Of a stretch of 64,000 bases of DNA, positions 62,842 through 64,000 are shown piece by piece. This stretch comes from Eledone cirrhosa (lineage: Eukaryota): positions 5,890,001 to 5,954,000 of the forward strand of contig OZ024760.1 in assembly GCA_964016885.1 (NCBI GenBank), given 5' to 3'. The notes under the pieces were generated by a model. It made no database searches. It was not told the DNA's origin and saw nothing but the letters and a program-made list of their open reading frames with translations. Each line of letters starts with the position of its first letter. The first letter of the stretch is position 1. Made by a program: the position numbers and the translations under genes.

Positions 62842-63575
62842 TTTAACCCAAGGTCAATCATGGGTGATCAGATCTCTAATCCGAGGTTTTCCATCCTTTA
62901 CCTTCCTCTTCTTTTTCTCTTTTTTGTCTTGACCATGTTATCCAACATGTCATTCCATTATATATATTTTTATAGAAAGCAACATATGGGATTCCTCCGA
63001 GGGGTTTTTGGAGTAACGTTACTCGATAAAGTGCGTAGCTCGGAGATCATTGAGTCACTCCAGGTAGAGCCCCCACTACTCAGAATTGAGAGATCACAGC
63101 TCCGATACTATGGGCCTGTGGTTAGAATGTCTCAGGAAAGAATCGCTGCATAGATTTTACAGGCAAAACCAACAGGTAGGAGACCCAAGAGTAAACCCCG
63201 AACAAGATGATTACATAACAACTATGAGCTTGGCTGGTCACGCCTGAGGATCGATCTGGATTTATTGGAGACCGTTGCTTCTGACAGGACCCGCTGGAGG
63301 GAATGTTTGAGGACTCTGCCCCCATGACCCTCTCAGTAATAAGTGGGCAAAGAAGAGAACATACGATTTAGGGGCGATTTTTAACTGTAAGTTCAATCGT
63401 GTCAAAGCTCCCCGTGTAAAGACAATACATCTCTCTATATATACATAATGAATTAAAAGACAATATATATATATATACACACACATACAATGAATGAAAC
63501 GACATGTGGTGTAACTAGGGAGAAAAAGAAACGTGGAATTACGTCTGCTCAGATAAAATAAAAATATATATTTAC

Positions 63576-63672
63576 CAGGATGCCATTTCAGAGCTAACTT
63601 TCTGTAAGATTTCTTTAATTCTTCGTCTCCGACATCGAAAGGAACTCCAAGTACTTCGTAATGACATTTCAT
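63576..63672 (-). CDS. DNAJC21: DNAJC21 exon 1, J-domain start
   Basis: Encodes [32 protein letters not shown], the MKCHYE N-terminus characteristic of DNAJC21. GT donor at 63575. Confidence 0.95.
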
Positions 63673-63759
63673 GGTAAAATAGTTAAGAAGTTACCAAAAA
63701 ATAATGTTCCGTCTTCTAACATACAAATAAATATTGCAACACAATTTCATAAGATTGAC

Positions 63760-63790
63760 AGGAAGTTCCTTTTTTAAACTTCCGGTGGAA
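63760..63790 (-). promoter_or_regulatory. ETS-type motifs upstream of DNAJC21
   Basis: CCGGAAGT on the minus strand (about 63778-63785) and CAGGAAGT on plus, about 100 nt upstream of the ATG. Motif match only. Confidence 0.3.
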
Positions 63791-64000
63791 ATGTTGATGG
63801 ACAAAGCCGACGGAACGAAATATTTGTTATCGTATTATTTCTGTATAATTTAATAACTCAACCAATGTTTGTTAGTTTATTGCGATAAATTGTTTGTTGT
63901 TTTTTTTTATTATTTAATTAAATAATAAAATCCCCTTTATGTATGTATTATTATTATATGTTATATGCTATATGTCGTTATTGTTATTGTTTTAACTAAT

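Overview
Repeat-rich, AT-rich animal genomic DNA. The SINE, MITE and RTE-LINE repertoire and the dense (TA)n/(CAT)n microsatellites suggest an octopod cephalopod (inference). Three protein-coding genes are supported. (1) The last five coding exons of MTG1, the mitochondrial ribosome-associated GTPase (+, 4423-8957). (2) A complete 13-exon DNAJC21 (-, 63672-16643, about 591 aa), with all splice phases consistent. (3) An intronless ORF on the opposite strand inside the 27.9-kb DNAJC21 intron 9 (+, likely ATG 36607 to 39900, 1097 aa). It encodes an unrecognised cysteine-free secreted protein with a signal peptide, coiled coil, furin sites, polyQ, 12-aa YPGIDEHGIPH repeats and an R/N/Y/G-rich tail. 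Non-coding highlights are a tandem pair of minimal type I hammerhead ribozyme motifs (31306-31341, 31900-31935), (TA)n-embedded fold-back elements whose axis lies at a hammerhead-like stem II, minisatellites seeded from MTG1 splice acceptors that create in-frame decoy 3' splice sites, and satellites amplified from LINE, SINE and MITE ends. Most other ORFs in the track are repeat artefacts.
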